DNA of 57,275 nucleotides from a virus (taxonomy: Duplodnaviria > Caudoviricetes), in the IMG/VR virus record IMGVR_UViG_3300021375_000031, positions 1-57,275 of that record, one strand, 5' to 3'. The position numbers were made by a program, and so were the translations under genes. Position 1 is the stretch's first letter. Every line of letters begins with the position of its first letter. The notes under the pieces are model-generated. The model had not been told where the DNA came from. It worked only from the letters and a program-made list of their open reading frames with translations, and did not search any database. This document shows, piece by piece, positions 17,021 through 26,889 of this stretch.

Positions 17021-17039
17021 CAGTTATTAGGAGAACTTA

Positions 17040-17840
17040 ATGGCAGACCAACAAACAGTTATTACAAATCAAGTAGGAGACAGACGTCTTAGTCCTACTG
17101 ATTGGCGAGCAAAAATAGGTCCGTACAAAAAAGCAGACTTTGACCAAATATTTGGTCCTAACTTGAAGAACAAAGAAATGAGGCAAGTGTTAGGCACAGG
17201 CGAAGATGGCACCAGTGATAGGCAAGACACAATTTTACAACCACTCAAAGACATTGGTGGTATTATATATCCTTACACGCCTACTATACTTGTAACAGGA
17301 CAAGCAAACTATAACGAAATGACGTTCACTCATTATAACTATCCTATATACAGTTTTATGAACAGTACTCCTCCTGTCTTTACAGTTAGTGGACCTTTTA
17401 CAGCAAACAATGTAAATGAAGCAAGATATCTTTTAGCAGTTTTAAACTTTTTAAAAGTATGTATTAAGGCACAGAACGGAAGGGGAGCAATGAACACAGG
17501 ATTTAGAGTACCGCCTGTGTTGGCGTTTAGTTATTTAGGACCAAATGGTTATGACAAAGTGCCGTGTGTTATAAGAAACTATTCATACCAGTTAAGAGAC
17601 GATGTTGATTATGTACCAGTAGACACACAAGACTATTTTGCAACCAAGGCAATATACAAAGAAGAAACAGATAATTTATTTTTACATCAACGTGATGGTT
17701 CAGATAACTATACAACTTATGTGCCCACTAGTGTTGATATTTTGATTGACTTAGCACCACAATATAATCCTTCAGAATTACGAAAAAGGTTTGACTTAGA
17801 TCTTATGACCCAAGGAGCATTAGGAGGTAAGTATACATAA
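17040..17840 (+). CDS. Tail tube initiator/baseplate protein (gp48/gp54-like tube fold)
   Basis: GIIYPYTPTI, PPVFTVSGPFTA, PPVLAFSYLG...VPCVI; precedes gp53-like. Confidence 0.6.
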   Translation: MADQQTVITNQVGDRRLSPTDWRAKIGPYKKADFDQIFGPNLKNKEMRQVLGTGEDGTSDRQDTILQPLKDIGGIIYPYTPTILVTGQANYNEMTFTHYNYPIYSFMNSTPPVFTVSGPFTANNVNEARYLLAVLNFLKVCIKAQNGRGAMNTGFRVPPVLAFSYLGPNGYDKVPCVIRNYSYQLRDDVDYVPVDTQDYFATKAIYKEETDNLFLHQRDGSDNYTTYVPTSVDILIDLAPQYNPSELRKRFDLDLMTQGALGGKYT

Positions 17841-18136
17841 TGGCATCATCCAAAAACAGTTTTATTAATAATGCAAAAGAAAGAGACTTTTATTTAGATA
17901 TAAATTATTTAAATTTAAAAGGATTCAAACCATCTGTAACAGACGTTACGATTACAATAGATAAGAAAACAGAAAATAGACCAGACTTACTTGCTTACGA
18001 ATTATATGCAGATTCGAATCTATGGTGGGTATTTACATTGAGGAACCCGGACCTTTTAAGAGATCCAGTTGGAGATATGGTTCCTGGTTTAAAAATTAAA
18101 GTACCTACTTTAGAAAGAGTACAGCAAAGGTTATAA
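17840..18136 (+). CDS. gp53: Baseplate wedge protein gp53-like (LysM-like)
   Basis: RPDLLAYELY.DSNLWWVF...GLKIKVP. Confidence 0.8.
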   Translation: MASSKNSFINNAKERDFYLDINYLNLKGFKPSVTDVTITIDKKTENRPDLLAYELYADSNLWWVFTLRNPDLLRDPVGDMVPGLKIKVPTLERVQQRL

Positions 18137-21123
18137 TGGGATTAGAAAAATATTCAGGTCCAGTTAGAGAATGCCCGTTTGTAACCGGAGGGTTTGTACC
18201 GTCTAACATTCTTGATGAATATTCAACAGCAACGTATAACCTCAAACTGTATATGCTAGGATTAAGTTCTCTTGTTGCTGGCGCAGGCGAGGGTGGACAA
18301 GGATTTATTAGAGATGATAACAACGAAATAATCATTGCTCAAACAGGTGTTACAGATATAAAAATAGATGACTTAGTTATAAGTTCCGTAGTAGGAGGAG
18401 GTGGAGAAGGAGCATCTGCTAACAGCATAGGTACAAGTATAAATTTTAAATTAATACAACCTTTGCGTTGTGATTTAATGGAAAGATTATTGGCGGCCCA
18501 AGAAGCACTTAACTTAAAACCTTTTCAAGAGTTTCCCTTATTTTTAGAAATAGGATTTGTAGGCGGACAAAGATTTAACTCAGGTAATTTAAACAGTCCT
18601 ATAGAATTTGAAGCACCTACTAAAATTATTAGAATGTTAATATCAGACTTTGATATGTTAATTCAAAGTAATTCCACAGAATATAATGTATCCTGTGTAG
18701 GATACGAAGATGGTGTATTTGAAGCCAACTTAGAAAGAAGACAGTCATTAGATAAATTTAGTATAGTATATTCCAATATCGCAGAAGGGTTAAATAATTT
18801 AGCAAAAGCATATAATAGATTGAACAAAAATGCGTACAGCGATAAAATAAGAGAAAACAAAACAGACGAAAACGAAAATCCAGGACAAACACCTTACGAT
18901 GTACACGAGTTTGATACTAGTACCATTTATCCAGAAGCAGGCACAGAGGGAGTTATTTCAGAAGATTTAAAGATATTACAAGGCTGGCCCAATTCTTTAA
19001 TAGATTTAACGGCTAAAATTGACACATCAAAATACTCTTCCGAAAGCACAGTGGCATTTAGCGAATTAGAATTAGAAAAGAGAGAAGATCTTACGGTGCC
19101 AGGATCTACTGATCCAAACCCAGATCAAACTTATATTATTACGACATTTCCAGCACAAACAGATTTAATTACTGCTACATCAAAAATTATTTTACAAGAT
19201 ATTAAAATTCAAAATATGGTTGTTAGATTAGTGAGCGGAAAAACACTTGCAGATATAAAAAAATTAGTCCCCACTGATATAGATTACGACAAGACAGCAG
19301 TATTTTGGTTTGATGTTAAAACAGATATTGCGCCACTTGGCTTAAATGTTCTACACAACAGAATAGCATACAAGTACACTCATAGAATTATGTTAAAAAG
19401 AGTGTATTCTACTATGTTCTTAATACCAGATGAAATTTTAAAAATTACAGAAATAGGAAAGAAAAACTTACAAGAAGAATTAAATGCAATCACACATAGA
19501 TACTATCCATATATTTTTACAGGACAAAATGACCAAATACTGAATGCAACTATTTCAGATACGTCCGGAAACGGAATGATGTTAACCCTGCCTACAGGCG
19601 GTGTAAACTTAAAAGCAAGAGTTAGACAAAGCGAAGTTAAGAATCAAAGTGCAAGTGAAGTTGCGGAAGAGTTTGACCAAAAATATCTAGCAGGTGTATT
19701 GAGCCAATTAGACGTTGCAAAGTATGTTACTAAGTTACAAACACAGGTTGAAGATGTTATTGTAAAAGGAGCACAGGCAACTGTCCAAGATTTTCAACGT
19801 GTTGTTACACTTGCACGAACAAAAGGATTTAGTGCTTTACTAGGAGGAGACATAGACTTTGTAAACACTAGAATAGATCCTAAACTTTTAGGAAGAATTA
19901 GTCCATTAGGAGAAGCAATTACAAAATTCGACGAACGTTTAAACAAAGCAAAATCGTTAGTAGAAGATATACAGAATTTAGATGACGTTATCTCAGAAGA
20001 CTTTGGTCAGGTTGGTGAAGACATAATGAAAGACTTCTTGTCAAAAGCAACTGATGTAGGAGATATATTTAGGCAAAAGATTGAAGAATTTACAGGTCCG
20101 TTGAGATCAGGTCTACTTGCTCCTATACAAGAACAATACGATGCATTTAAAAATGATATGCAAGGCATATTAACAGACAATGGACCACTACTTTATAATT
20201 TAGGAATAGAAGACGAATTTCAAGACTTCTTTGATAATGTGTTCGATCCAGTAGATAGTTTGCTATCAGAAATTAATAGCACATTAGATAGCCTTACAGA
20301 TTTTGATGGATTGTTAGGAGACTTAATAGAAGGATTTAATGACCCAAGAGTTATACAATTATCAGAAGATGATATTCCAGTAAAATATTTAGATGATATT
20401 TTAGAAGTAGGCGGCTTTGATAAAATACGAGACAACAACGAATCACCCACAGGTGTTGCTACCAGCAAAGCAAACGAGGAAGTTGTAGCAGATAAAGAGA
20501 AAGTCGGAGATTTAAGTATTACAAATAGTGCTATAGAATTGATGTATAATCAAAATTTATACCCTGCATTCTTAAAAACATTAGACTTAGAAATTAAAGG
20601 AGACCCTTATTGGTTACCAGGCACACTAAAAACATCAGGACCGACACAAGAAGCAGAAGGTATCACAGAGGTATCAGTTGCATTAAACAGAAAAGAATCA
20701 ATGATGCCTAGTTACTTTGAAAGGTTGTTTATTTTTAGTTTTTCTACACCTGATTATGATGTGTCATTAGGCAAAGCATCAACACCAAATCACGGTAGGT
20801 ATACAGGATACTATCTTGCTACAAATGTAGAACATACGTTCCAAGGCGGTATATATACATCTAGAATTACAGGAGTCAAGAACGAAAGACTTTCAAACCC
20901 TAAAAAGTTAAATAATGAAGTAGCAGATAACAACAGTTCAGAACCACTTGAGTTTGAAAGACCGTTAAACATCACAATGCCTGTATATTATCAAGAAGGT
21001 GGAGAGTATGACGGTCAATACTTAGATGCCGCCGGAGAGTACTGGACCGGAGAAGAAATACAAGAATGGCAAGCAAATCAAAGCACTGAAACAAACGATG
21101 ATGTACCGATAGACGGAGGATAA
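18136..21123 (+). CDS. Baseplate hub protein (gp27-like) with large helical insertion
   Basis: N-terminal NILDEYSTATYNLKL; C-terminal LEIKGDPYW and GYY.ATNVEHTFQGG.Y; lies between gp53 and spike. Confidence 0.6.
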   Translation: MGLEKYSGPVRECPFVTGGFVPSNILDEYSTATYNLKLYMLGLSSLVAGAGEGGQGFIRDDNNEIIIAQTGVTDIKIDDLVISSVVGGGGEGASANSIGTSINFKLIQPLRCDLMERLLAAQEALNLKPFQEFPLFLEIGFVGGQRFNSGNLNSPIEFEAPTKIIRMLISDFDMLIQSNSTEYNVSCVGYEDGVFEANLERRQSLDKFSIVYSNIAEGLNNLAKAYNRLNKNAYSDKIRENKTDENENPGQTPYDVHEFDTSTIYPEAGTEGVISEDLKILQGWPNSLIDLTAKIDTSKYSSESTVAFSELELEKREDLTVPGSTDPNPDQTYIITTFPAQTDLITATSKIILQDIKIQNMVVRLVSGKTLADIKKLVPTDIDYDKTAVFWFDVKTDIAPLGLNVLHNRIAYKYTHRIMLKRVYSTMFLIPDEILKITEIGKKNLQEELNAITHRYYPYIFTGQNDQILNATISDTSGNGMMLTLPTGGVNLKARVRQSEVKNQSASEVAEEFDQKYLAGVLSQLDVAKYVTKLQTQVEDVIVKGAQATVQDFQRVVTLARTKGFSALLGGDIDFVNTRIDPKLLGRISPLGEAITKFDERLNKAKSLVEDIQNLDDVISEDFGQVGEDIMKDFLSKATDVGDIFRQKIEEFTGPLRSGLLAPIQEQYDAFKNDMQGILTDNGPLLYNLGIEDEFQDFFDNVFDPVDSLLSEINSTLDSLTDFDGLLGDLIEGFNDPRVIQLSEDDIPVKYLDDILEVGGFDKIRDNNESPTGVATSKANEEVVADKEKVGDLSITNSAIELMYNQNLYPAFLKTLDLEIKGDPYWLPGTLKTSGPTQEAEGITEVSVALNRKESMMPSYFERLFIFSFSTPDYDVSLGKASTPNHGRYTGYYLATNVEHTFQGGIYTSRITGVKNERLSNPKKLNNEVADNNSSEPLEFERPLNITMPVYYQEGGEYDGQYLDAAGEYWTGEEIQEWQANQSTETNDDVPIDGG

Positions 21124-21124
21124 G

Positions 21125-23140
21125 ATGAGCGGAAAAATTACAAGAACAAACAGACAGTCTCCGTCAGAAAGAACCAGTGACAATGATGAAAAATATTACG
21201 GCGTTTACAAATGCGAAGTTGTAAACTCCTCAGACCCAAACCGAGACGGTAGATTATTTGTAAAGAATGATTTAATAGGAGACAGTTTTTGGGTAACGTG
21301 GACAACACCCTTTGGCGGAGTAGCAAATAACAATCCAGTTGAAGGCGGAACAGAATATGCAGAAACACAAACCAGTTATGGTATGTGGATGGTACCACCT
21401 GATATAGGTAACGAAGTTATAGTTGCGTTCGAAGGCGGAGATGTCAATAGAGGGTTTTGTATAGGCTGTGTACAACCTACATTAATGAATCATATGATAC
21501 CTGGTATTCCTGCAGGTGTAACACACGACGGCAATGTTATGCCAGTCACAGAAAAAGATAAAACCACAACTGAGAATCCAGATACTGGTTACAAATATAG
21601 AGCAGGTTCAAACAAATTAGATGCAAAAGGCGGCAAACACGCGGCACACGATCCGCTTACAGCAGTATTAGAAGCACAAGGTATTAGTAATGATTGGCCC
21701 AGAGGTTTAACCAGTAGTGGTGCTAGAAGAGAATCACCTAGTCAAGTGTTTGGTATACTTACCCCTGGTCCTTTAAAATCAGCATCAGGAACAAGAGATG
21801 GAGGACATCAATTTATACTAGATGACCATCCAGACGACAGTCAAATAAGATTGCGTACTAAAAATGGTATGCAAATTCTTATGCACGATTCAACAGACAC
21901 AATTTTTATTATAAACAAATATGGCACAGGCTGGATAGAAATAGACGGCGACGGCAATATGGATTTCTTTGCAGATGGTAATTTCAGTGTTAGAGCAAGA
22001 GGCGACGTAAATCTAAGAGGCGACAACAATGTAAATATAGAAGCAGGTGGCGATGTAAACATTAAAGCAAGAAACGATAACCCTGTACCAAGTGAGATAG
22101 ATGGACTAAGTTTAAGTATAGAAGGCGGCAAGCCTAAAGTAGGACTTAAACTTTCTAGCAAGTATGGAATTATTCACCCTGCAGATAACTTAGGTAGAGG
22201 AGACCCAATTTGGGAAACACTACAGTTAGGCAGAATGCACAGCAAAGGCGGACGAGTAAACATACACGGCGTAAACGGAATGAATTTGAGAAACGATTAT
22301 GGCGGTGTTAGAATCAGTAGTAAACAAGGTAAAGTTGGTTTAAGAGGAAAACCTGTAAACATACATTCGTATGGTGTAATGGGTATTAAGTCCAGTATAC
22401 CTTTACCTGATCCTTCATTGCAAAGCCAGTTGGAAAATGCCTATGGTGCTATCGACGGAGCCATTGGAGATGCGGCGTCAGGATTGCTTAACGGAGATGG
22501 GTTAAATTTATCAAATCCTTTAGAAGCATTTATCCCAAGGGGAGGCTTACAGGTAGACATAGTAGGAGATATTACTATTAATAACGGTATTACTCCTGGT
22601 ACTGTTAAAGATGCAGTACTAGACGGAGACTTAGAAGAAGCGGCAACATCTGCCGCGGCGGCACAGTTTATACCAGGTAACTTCTATATGAACAGTATGG
22701 GACTGATGTTACAAACAGCACCGTTGGGTATTATGTTAAATACTGCACCTATACCAACAATGAAGGCGGCTAGTAGTGTAGGCAATGCCAGAAAGCCAAG
22801 TTCATCAAGAAGAACAAATACACTAACAACTCAAAGCAGTATAGGACTAAGTTTAGGTGGACCAGTAAATATTAAACGTGTTGCTCAGCAAGGTTCAGGT
22901 ATAGGACTTGACGGCATAAAAGACAAAATTGTAGGCACAATAGCAGAAGGTCTAGTAGGAGGCGGATCGCCTTATGCATCTACTCCTTCAGTATTACCAG
23001 AAATGCAAGGAGCACCAGACAGTATTATATCTAGATGGAACAGTTATCAACCAAGTCCAAGCAGAAAAGACTTAGGTGCAAACCCATTGTTCAAAGCAGT
23101 AAGTGGGTTCCTAACTAAGGTTACAGGCGGAGATGGGTAA
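21125..23140 (+). CDS. gp5: Central baseplate spike gp5/VgrG-like (OB-fold plus beta-helix)
   Basis: V.NSSDPNRDGRL.V, SYGMWMVPPDIGNEVIVAF, GHQFILDD, IRLRT..G.QILM; beta-helix repeats GDVNLRGD.NVNIEAG. Confidence 0.8.
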   Translation: MSGKITRTNRQSPSERTSDNDEKYYGVYKCEVVNSSDPNRDGRLFVKNDLIGDSFWVTWTTPFGGVANNNPVEGGTEYAETQTSYGMWMVPPDIGNEVIVAFEGGDVNRGFCIGCVQPTLMNHMIPGIPAGVTHDGNVMPVTEKDKTTTENPDTGYKYRAGSNKLDAKGGKHAAHDPLTAVLEAQGISNDWPRGLTSSGARRESPSQVFGILTPGPLKSASGTRDGGHQFILDDHPDDSQIRLRTKNGMQILMHDSTDTIFIINKYGTGWIEIDGDGNMDFFADGNFSVRARGDVNLRGDNNVNIEAGGDVNIKARNDNPVPSEIDGLSLSIEGGKPKVGLKLSSKYGIIHPADNLGRGDPIWETLQLGRMHSKGGRVNIHGVNGMNLRNDYGGVRISSKQGKVGLRGKPVNIHSYGVMGIKSSIPLPDPSLQSQLENAYGAIDGAIGDAASGLLNGDGLNLSNPLEAFIPRGGLQVDIVGDITINNGITPGTVKDAVLDGDLEEAATSAAAAQFIPGNFYMNSMGLMLQTAPLGIMLNTAPIPTMKAASSVGNARKPSSSRRTNTLTTQSSIGLSLGGPVNIKRVAQQGSGIGLDGIKDKIVGTIAEGLVGGGSPYASTPSVLPEMQGAPDSIISRWNSYQPSPSRKDLGANPLFKAVSGFLTKVTGGDG

Positions 23141-23913
23141 TGGCACTTTTAATAGGACAACTTGACGAGTTAGATGTTAAACCAGTATCTTATCAAACAC
23201 CAAAAGGATTATTTGTAGGAAAAGGTTTTTCTTCTGAAGGAGAACCACAATACAAAAAGGTACAACAAAAAGGTGATAAGTTTCACGATCCTATTACACT
23301 AACACTAGATGACGAAGGGGACGAAGTATTAGATAATATGTTCAAATTTTTTCCTCTAGATTTAGCAAATAGAGGAGTAGTTGGATTCTCTCACAAACTT
23401 TCAGAAAGCGAAAAGGCAGAAAAAGTTATTGCTTATAATAAAAACAGTTTCTTAGATCCTAAATCAGAAGAAATACAAAAATTAATTATTCAATATAAAG
23501 ATATTTTAGTTCCTAGCAATATGCTTGGTATAACTAATTTTGATTTGAATAGTATTCCACAAAGTTTTATAAAAATTAAAAAGTCAAACATCACGTTAGT
23601 AAGTTTAATACTTCCAATAATGCCTACTCCTTCTAGAGAGATATTTAAATTAGATAAAATAACAGCACAAAGAATTGTGCAAAAAAATGTTAAAACACTT
23701 TTAACACAAAGAATGTTTAACAGTTTGGTTGGATGTGCTATGTTGTTATCAGAATCAGATTTTATTTCTAATAAAGGTGTTCAAAGTCTTAATGCAGGAA
23801 CATATAATCAATTTCCTACATTGCTATTAACAGAAGTTGATGAACTAGTAGACTCCCAAGAATATTCTTACTTCTTGACTATGATGCAGTACTATACTTT
23901 TTTAAGAGTTTGA
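23140..23913 (+). CDS. Degenerate GH24 lysozyme-like baseplate protein
   Basis: VQKNVKTLLTQRMFNSLV...QSLNAGTY matches the GH24 C-lobe pattern (VKVPLTQNQFDALV...LNAGDY); no recognisable catalytic E-x8-D-x5-T. Confidence 0.5.
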   Translation: MALLIGQLDELDVKPVSYQTPKGLFVGKGFSSEGEPQYKKVQQKGDKFHDPITLTLDDEGDEVLDNMFKFFPLDLANRGVVGFSHKLSESEKAEKVIAYNKNSFLDPKSEEIQKLIIQYKDILVPSNMLGITNFDLNSIPQSFIKIKKSNITLVSLILPIMPTPSREIFKLDKITAQRIVQKNVKTLLTQRMFNSLVGCAMLLSESDFISNKGVQSLNAGTYNQFPTLLLTEVDELVDSQEYSYFLTMMQYYTFLRV

Positions 23914-24119
23914 GCCTTTAGTATATTGAGTTCAGACTTTAGGTCTGCCGATTTTACTAATGCCCTGTACTTTTGCTCTTGTTCATCTGCAACACACTTT
24001 TCCAATATTTCTATTTGAGCCTTAAGGTGTTTACACTCGTTGTTTTTATCAACGAGCATAGTCCTTAATTCTTCTTCAAGTGTATTGTTAGTGAATTTCT
24101 TTGTTAAAGAGTCAGTCAT
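23892..24119 (-). CDS. Small coiled-coil hypothetical protein (75 aa)
   Basis: Heptad-rich; ATG 1 nt after the upstream stop; converges on and overlaps the lysozyme-like gene end. Confidence 0.7.
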   Translation of the reverse strand: MTDSLTKKFTNNTLEEELRTMLVDKNNECKHLKAQIEILEKCVADEQEQKYRALVKSADLKSELNILKAQTLKKV

Positions 24120-24120
24120 T

Positions 24121-24381
24121 TTACTTTGCTTGAGATATGATTTGTTTGATATGTCCTAATTCTTTTATATCTTCAAATCGTTTTGTTCTATAATTATTTA
24201 ATTCAACTATAGCATATTTTTTAGTTTTTGTATCATATACACCAACTGCTTTAATAAGTCCTGTGTCTGGATCCTTATCTACACATTCTGCAACACGTCT
24301 ATCCGCTGATTTATTTGGAAGTGCTGACACAATTTTGTTGTATGTATCGATGATACGCCTGTCGAGTTTACTGTATGACAA
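24121..24381 (-). CDS. Hypothetical protein (86 aa, TTG start)
   Basis: AAGGAG RBS upstream of TTG. Confidence 0.7.
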   Translation of the reverse strand: MSYSKLDRRIIDTYNKIVSALPNKSADRRVAECVDKDPDTGLIKAVGVYDTKTKKYAIVELNNYRTKRFEDIKELGHIKQIISQAK

Positions 24382-24394
24382 AAGGTTTCTCCTT

Positions 24395-24550
24395 TTAGAT
24401 TTTAGTCATTTCTACTAAGTAGCCTAATGCAAGTAGTTCATCCGTTCTTTGATGTGCTTCTTGCCCCTTATAAATTCTCTTATCTGTGATCCAATTTGCA
24501 TTGTTTCCTTTAATTGAGAACTTGTCAATATATTTAATTTTATATTGCAT
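24395..24550 (-). CDS. Hypothetical protein (51 aa), not in the ORF track
   Basis: MQYKIKYIDKFSIKGNNANWITDKRIYKGQEAHQRTDELLALGYLVEMTKI* fills the gap in the operon; no clear RBS. Confidence 0.55.
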   Translation of the reverse strand: MQYKIKYIDKFSIKGNNANWITDKRIYKGQEAHQRTDELLALGYLVEMTKI

Positions 24551-24571
24551 AAAGGTACAGTAAATGTGGCA

Positions 24572-25099
24572 TTATGATGCCTGTTTTATTTCCTTATACA
24601 ATAATGTGCTTTCTGCAGGGAACACTTCAACAAATCCCATTCCAGCAACTTGATGGTATCTAGTACCCTCTACAGTTCTTTCCGCAACAATGTCGCCTAC
24701 TGAAAGTGAGTGCATATCTCTGTATGTTATCACTTCACCGTCTTTACGAGTAATTGTTTTCATTTTGTATCCTGACACGTGATTATCAAATACAATATCT
24801 TCGCCTGACTCTTCATCAAAGTAGTAACCGTTAAGAATTTTAAATACTTCTTCTAAGTGGTTTACAAGATACTCATCGTCGCCTTGTGTTAAACCTCCGT
24901 TTTCAGTTACTTCACATACTTTGGTGTAATGTGCAAAGTCTTCAGGCTGGAATCCTTCTTTTCTAGAACTCATAGTATTTCGCATATGGGCCTCATAGAT
25001 TGGAAACTTTTCTTCCGCACCTAAATGACCTCTGTCATTACTGTTGACATAGTCGCTAACTTCTTTGTTGATTTTGATTTGATAAATTTCGTAAAACAT
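24572..25099 (-). CDS. YodL-like domain early protein
   Basis: YEIYQI N-terminus, LEEVF.ILN, HSLSVGDIV...Y.V..MGF C-terminal motif; AGGAG RBS. Confidence 0.55.
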   Translation of the reverse strand: MFYEIYQIKINKEVSDYVNSNDRGHLGAEEKFPIYEAHMRNTMSSRKEGFQPEDFAHYTKVCEVTENGGLTQGDDEYLVNHLEEVFKILNGYYFDEESGEDIVFDNHVSGYKMKTITRKDGEVITYRDMHSLSVGDIVAERTVEGTRYHQVAGMGFVEVFPAESTLLYKEIKQAS

Positions 25100-25130
25100 A
25101 AAAACTCCTACCTTTTTAAATTATACAACT

Positions 25131-25159
25131 ATTATAACAATTCTAGTGGTACTTGTCAA
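25131..25159 (-). promoter_or_regulatory. Consensus sigma70 (early) promoter with extended -10
   Basis: TTGACA-N17-TATAAT with TG at -15/-14. Confidence 0.9.
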
Positions 25160-25163
25160 CCCC

Positions 25164-25571
25164 TTACCAAAACATTTCTACCAGTTTTTCTTCTAACCTG
25201 TATGCTTCTACTTCCCAAGGTTTCTTTCTATATGGAGTTTGAGTATGGTCTTGCCTACACCAAGTTTCTGTGCTAGGGTGTAATTCGCCTTTAATAAATT
25301 GTTTTGCGTGGACTAACTCGTGTGCAAGATTAAGTGCTATCTCATCTGCTGATAAATGATGTTTTCCGTGTTTCCTGCATATTTCTATTTCAGCAGTCTT
25401 TTTGTCTCCCCAGCATAATCCTAAATTACCACCTTCACAGCGAGTGACAACTTGGATATCAATATTTACATCTCGTCTAATTCTAGGCATTAAATGTCTG
25501 ATAATAGTATCAGCAAACTGTGTTAGTTTTTTCTTTTGTTTTACTCTGCCTTCAATGTTTAAAATTATCAT
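25164..25571 (-). CDS. Putative zinc metallopeptidase (HEXXH)
   Basis: LAHELVHAKQF...PWEVEAY. Confidence 0.75.
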   Translation of the reverse strand: MIILNIEGRVKQKKKLTQFADTIIRHLMPRIRRDVNIDIQVVTRCEGGNLGLCWGDKKTAEIEICRKHGKHHLSADEIALNLAHELVHAKQFIKGELHPSTETWCRQDHTQTPYRKKPWEVEAYRLEEKLVEMFW

Positions 25572-26343
25572 TATTTTTAATCCATTCGCTTAATGTTTTT
25601 GCTATATATCTGTGCCCTTTTGCACTTGGATGATGCCAAGAATCAGGCTCAGACCATAAGACTTCAGATCCTTTCTTTTTTTGCTTGTGCAATATGTTAT
25701 TTTTAACATAACCACCTAGTGGGTCGCTGTTACCTGAAAGTCCCAATAAGTTTGTTAATGTAGTTTCATTATAGCACCAGAAATTTTCTCTGTCAACGGA
25801 TAAATGTCTGCTTATTATGTGGTCATCAGCATTATCCATATCTATATCTTTTGTAACATCTACTAAAGCATTGTTTTGACATACTTTTATGCCTCTACTC
25901 TTACAAACTTCCTGAATTAGTATAATATGGTCTAATTGTTGCCTCACTATATCATCTTCATATAGCAATGCTATTTCTCTACTTGCAAACAACATTGTTT
26001 TTAATCTCTTTGGAAGTACTAATCCATCAAAATTACTCATCTGATTTATCGAACCCATTGTAAATTTTGGATCTGCGTAATAAAATCTGTGAGGATTACT
26101 CCAACTTATAATAACTAAGTCGTCTTTTTTGATATCTGGAAGTACTTTAAAGAAATGATTTACTATGTCTTGATTGCCAAAACCACTTACAGCACAACTT
26201 TGGGAGGGACGGTCAAGTTCATCACCTATTATGCCTCCCCAACCTACTGTGTCTCTAACCCATTCTGGGTCACCTGGCTCAATAGTTGTACCATACATAA
26301 AACTGCATCCGAATCCCCATACTTTATTAAAGTTCAATTCCAT
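25552..26343 (-). CDS. SGNH/GDSL hydrolase-like protein (start revised to ATG 26343, 263 aa)
   Basis: Block I GFGCSF..G, block II AVSGFGN, VIISWS, C-terminal HHPSAKGH; ATG overlaps the upstream gene end. Confidence 0.65.
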   Translation of the reverse strand: MELNFNKVWGFGCSFMYGTTIEPGDPEWVRDTVGWGGIIGDELDRPSQSCAVSGFGNQDIVNHFFKVLPDIKKDDLVIISWSNPHRFYYADPKFTMGSINQMSNFDGLVLPKRLKTMLFASREIALLYEDDIVRQQLDHIILIQEVCKSRGIKVCQNNALVDVTKDIDMDNADDHIISRHLSVDRENFWCYNETTLTNLLGLSGNSDPLGGYVKNNILHKQKKKGSEVLWSEPDSWHHPSAKGHRYIAKTLSEWIKNNDNFKH

Positions 26344-26884
26344 AATCAGTTTTAAATATAGTCTTAAAAATATCTTGCCCTGTGTTAAAGTTCTCCTTCC
26401 ATTGAGTAGACTGGTCATTACCGCCTACAATATCACTAATCCACTTGTATGATGTAAAGTGTTTGTCCATATTGTGACATACTTTTGCTAATGCGTATGC
26501 CTCCATATCTACACAATCCACTTCAATTGCAGGTTTGGTTAGTTGAAATTGGTCAAACGACATACAGGTCTTACCATCTATAAAGTCTTGGTTGAAATCA
26601 AACTGTTGAATATCTTCATAAGGTGTATGTCCCAAAGGAACGCCTAATGCTCTACAGTCTATATCTCCTTGCAAGAACTTTGTACATTTAAGTAAGCCTC
26701 TGAACTCAGGATTGATGCCTCCAGCACTTCCATAGTTTACTACATTTTCTATGTCTGGATTATCGCATAAATATTTTGTTAGTTTCCAGGCGGCATTTAC
26801 TTTGCCTATGCCCGTATATAAGATGTGTTTGTATTTGATGTCCTCTAATTCAGACTCTAGTGCAACTACTAATAGTGTGTTCAT
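26327..26884 (-). CDS. MTA/SAH nucleosidase-like (purine nucleoside phosphorylase superfamily)
   Basis: TGIGKVNAA, NYGSAGG, DMEAYALAKVC, KWISD. Confidence 0.85.
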   Translation of the reverse strand: MNTLLVVALESELEDIKYKHILYTGIGKVNAAWKLTKYLCDNPDIENVVNYGSAGGINPEFRGLLKCTKFLQGDIDCRALGVPLGHTPYEDIQQFDFNQDFIDGKTCMSFDQFQLTKPAIEVDCVDMEAYALAKVCHNMDKHFTSYKWISDIVGGNDQSTQWKENFNTGQDIFKTIFKTDYGIEL

Positions 26885-26889
26885 ACTAG

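Noticed and set aside
26344-26418. ORF-track start of the SGNH gene at 26418
   Set aside because: It would overlap the nucleosidase by ~90 nt; ATG 26343 places the GCSF block at the usual N-terminal position.
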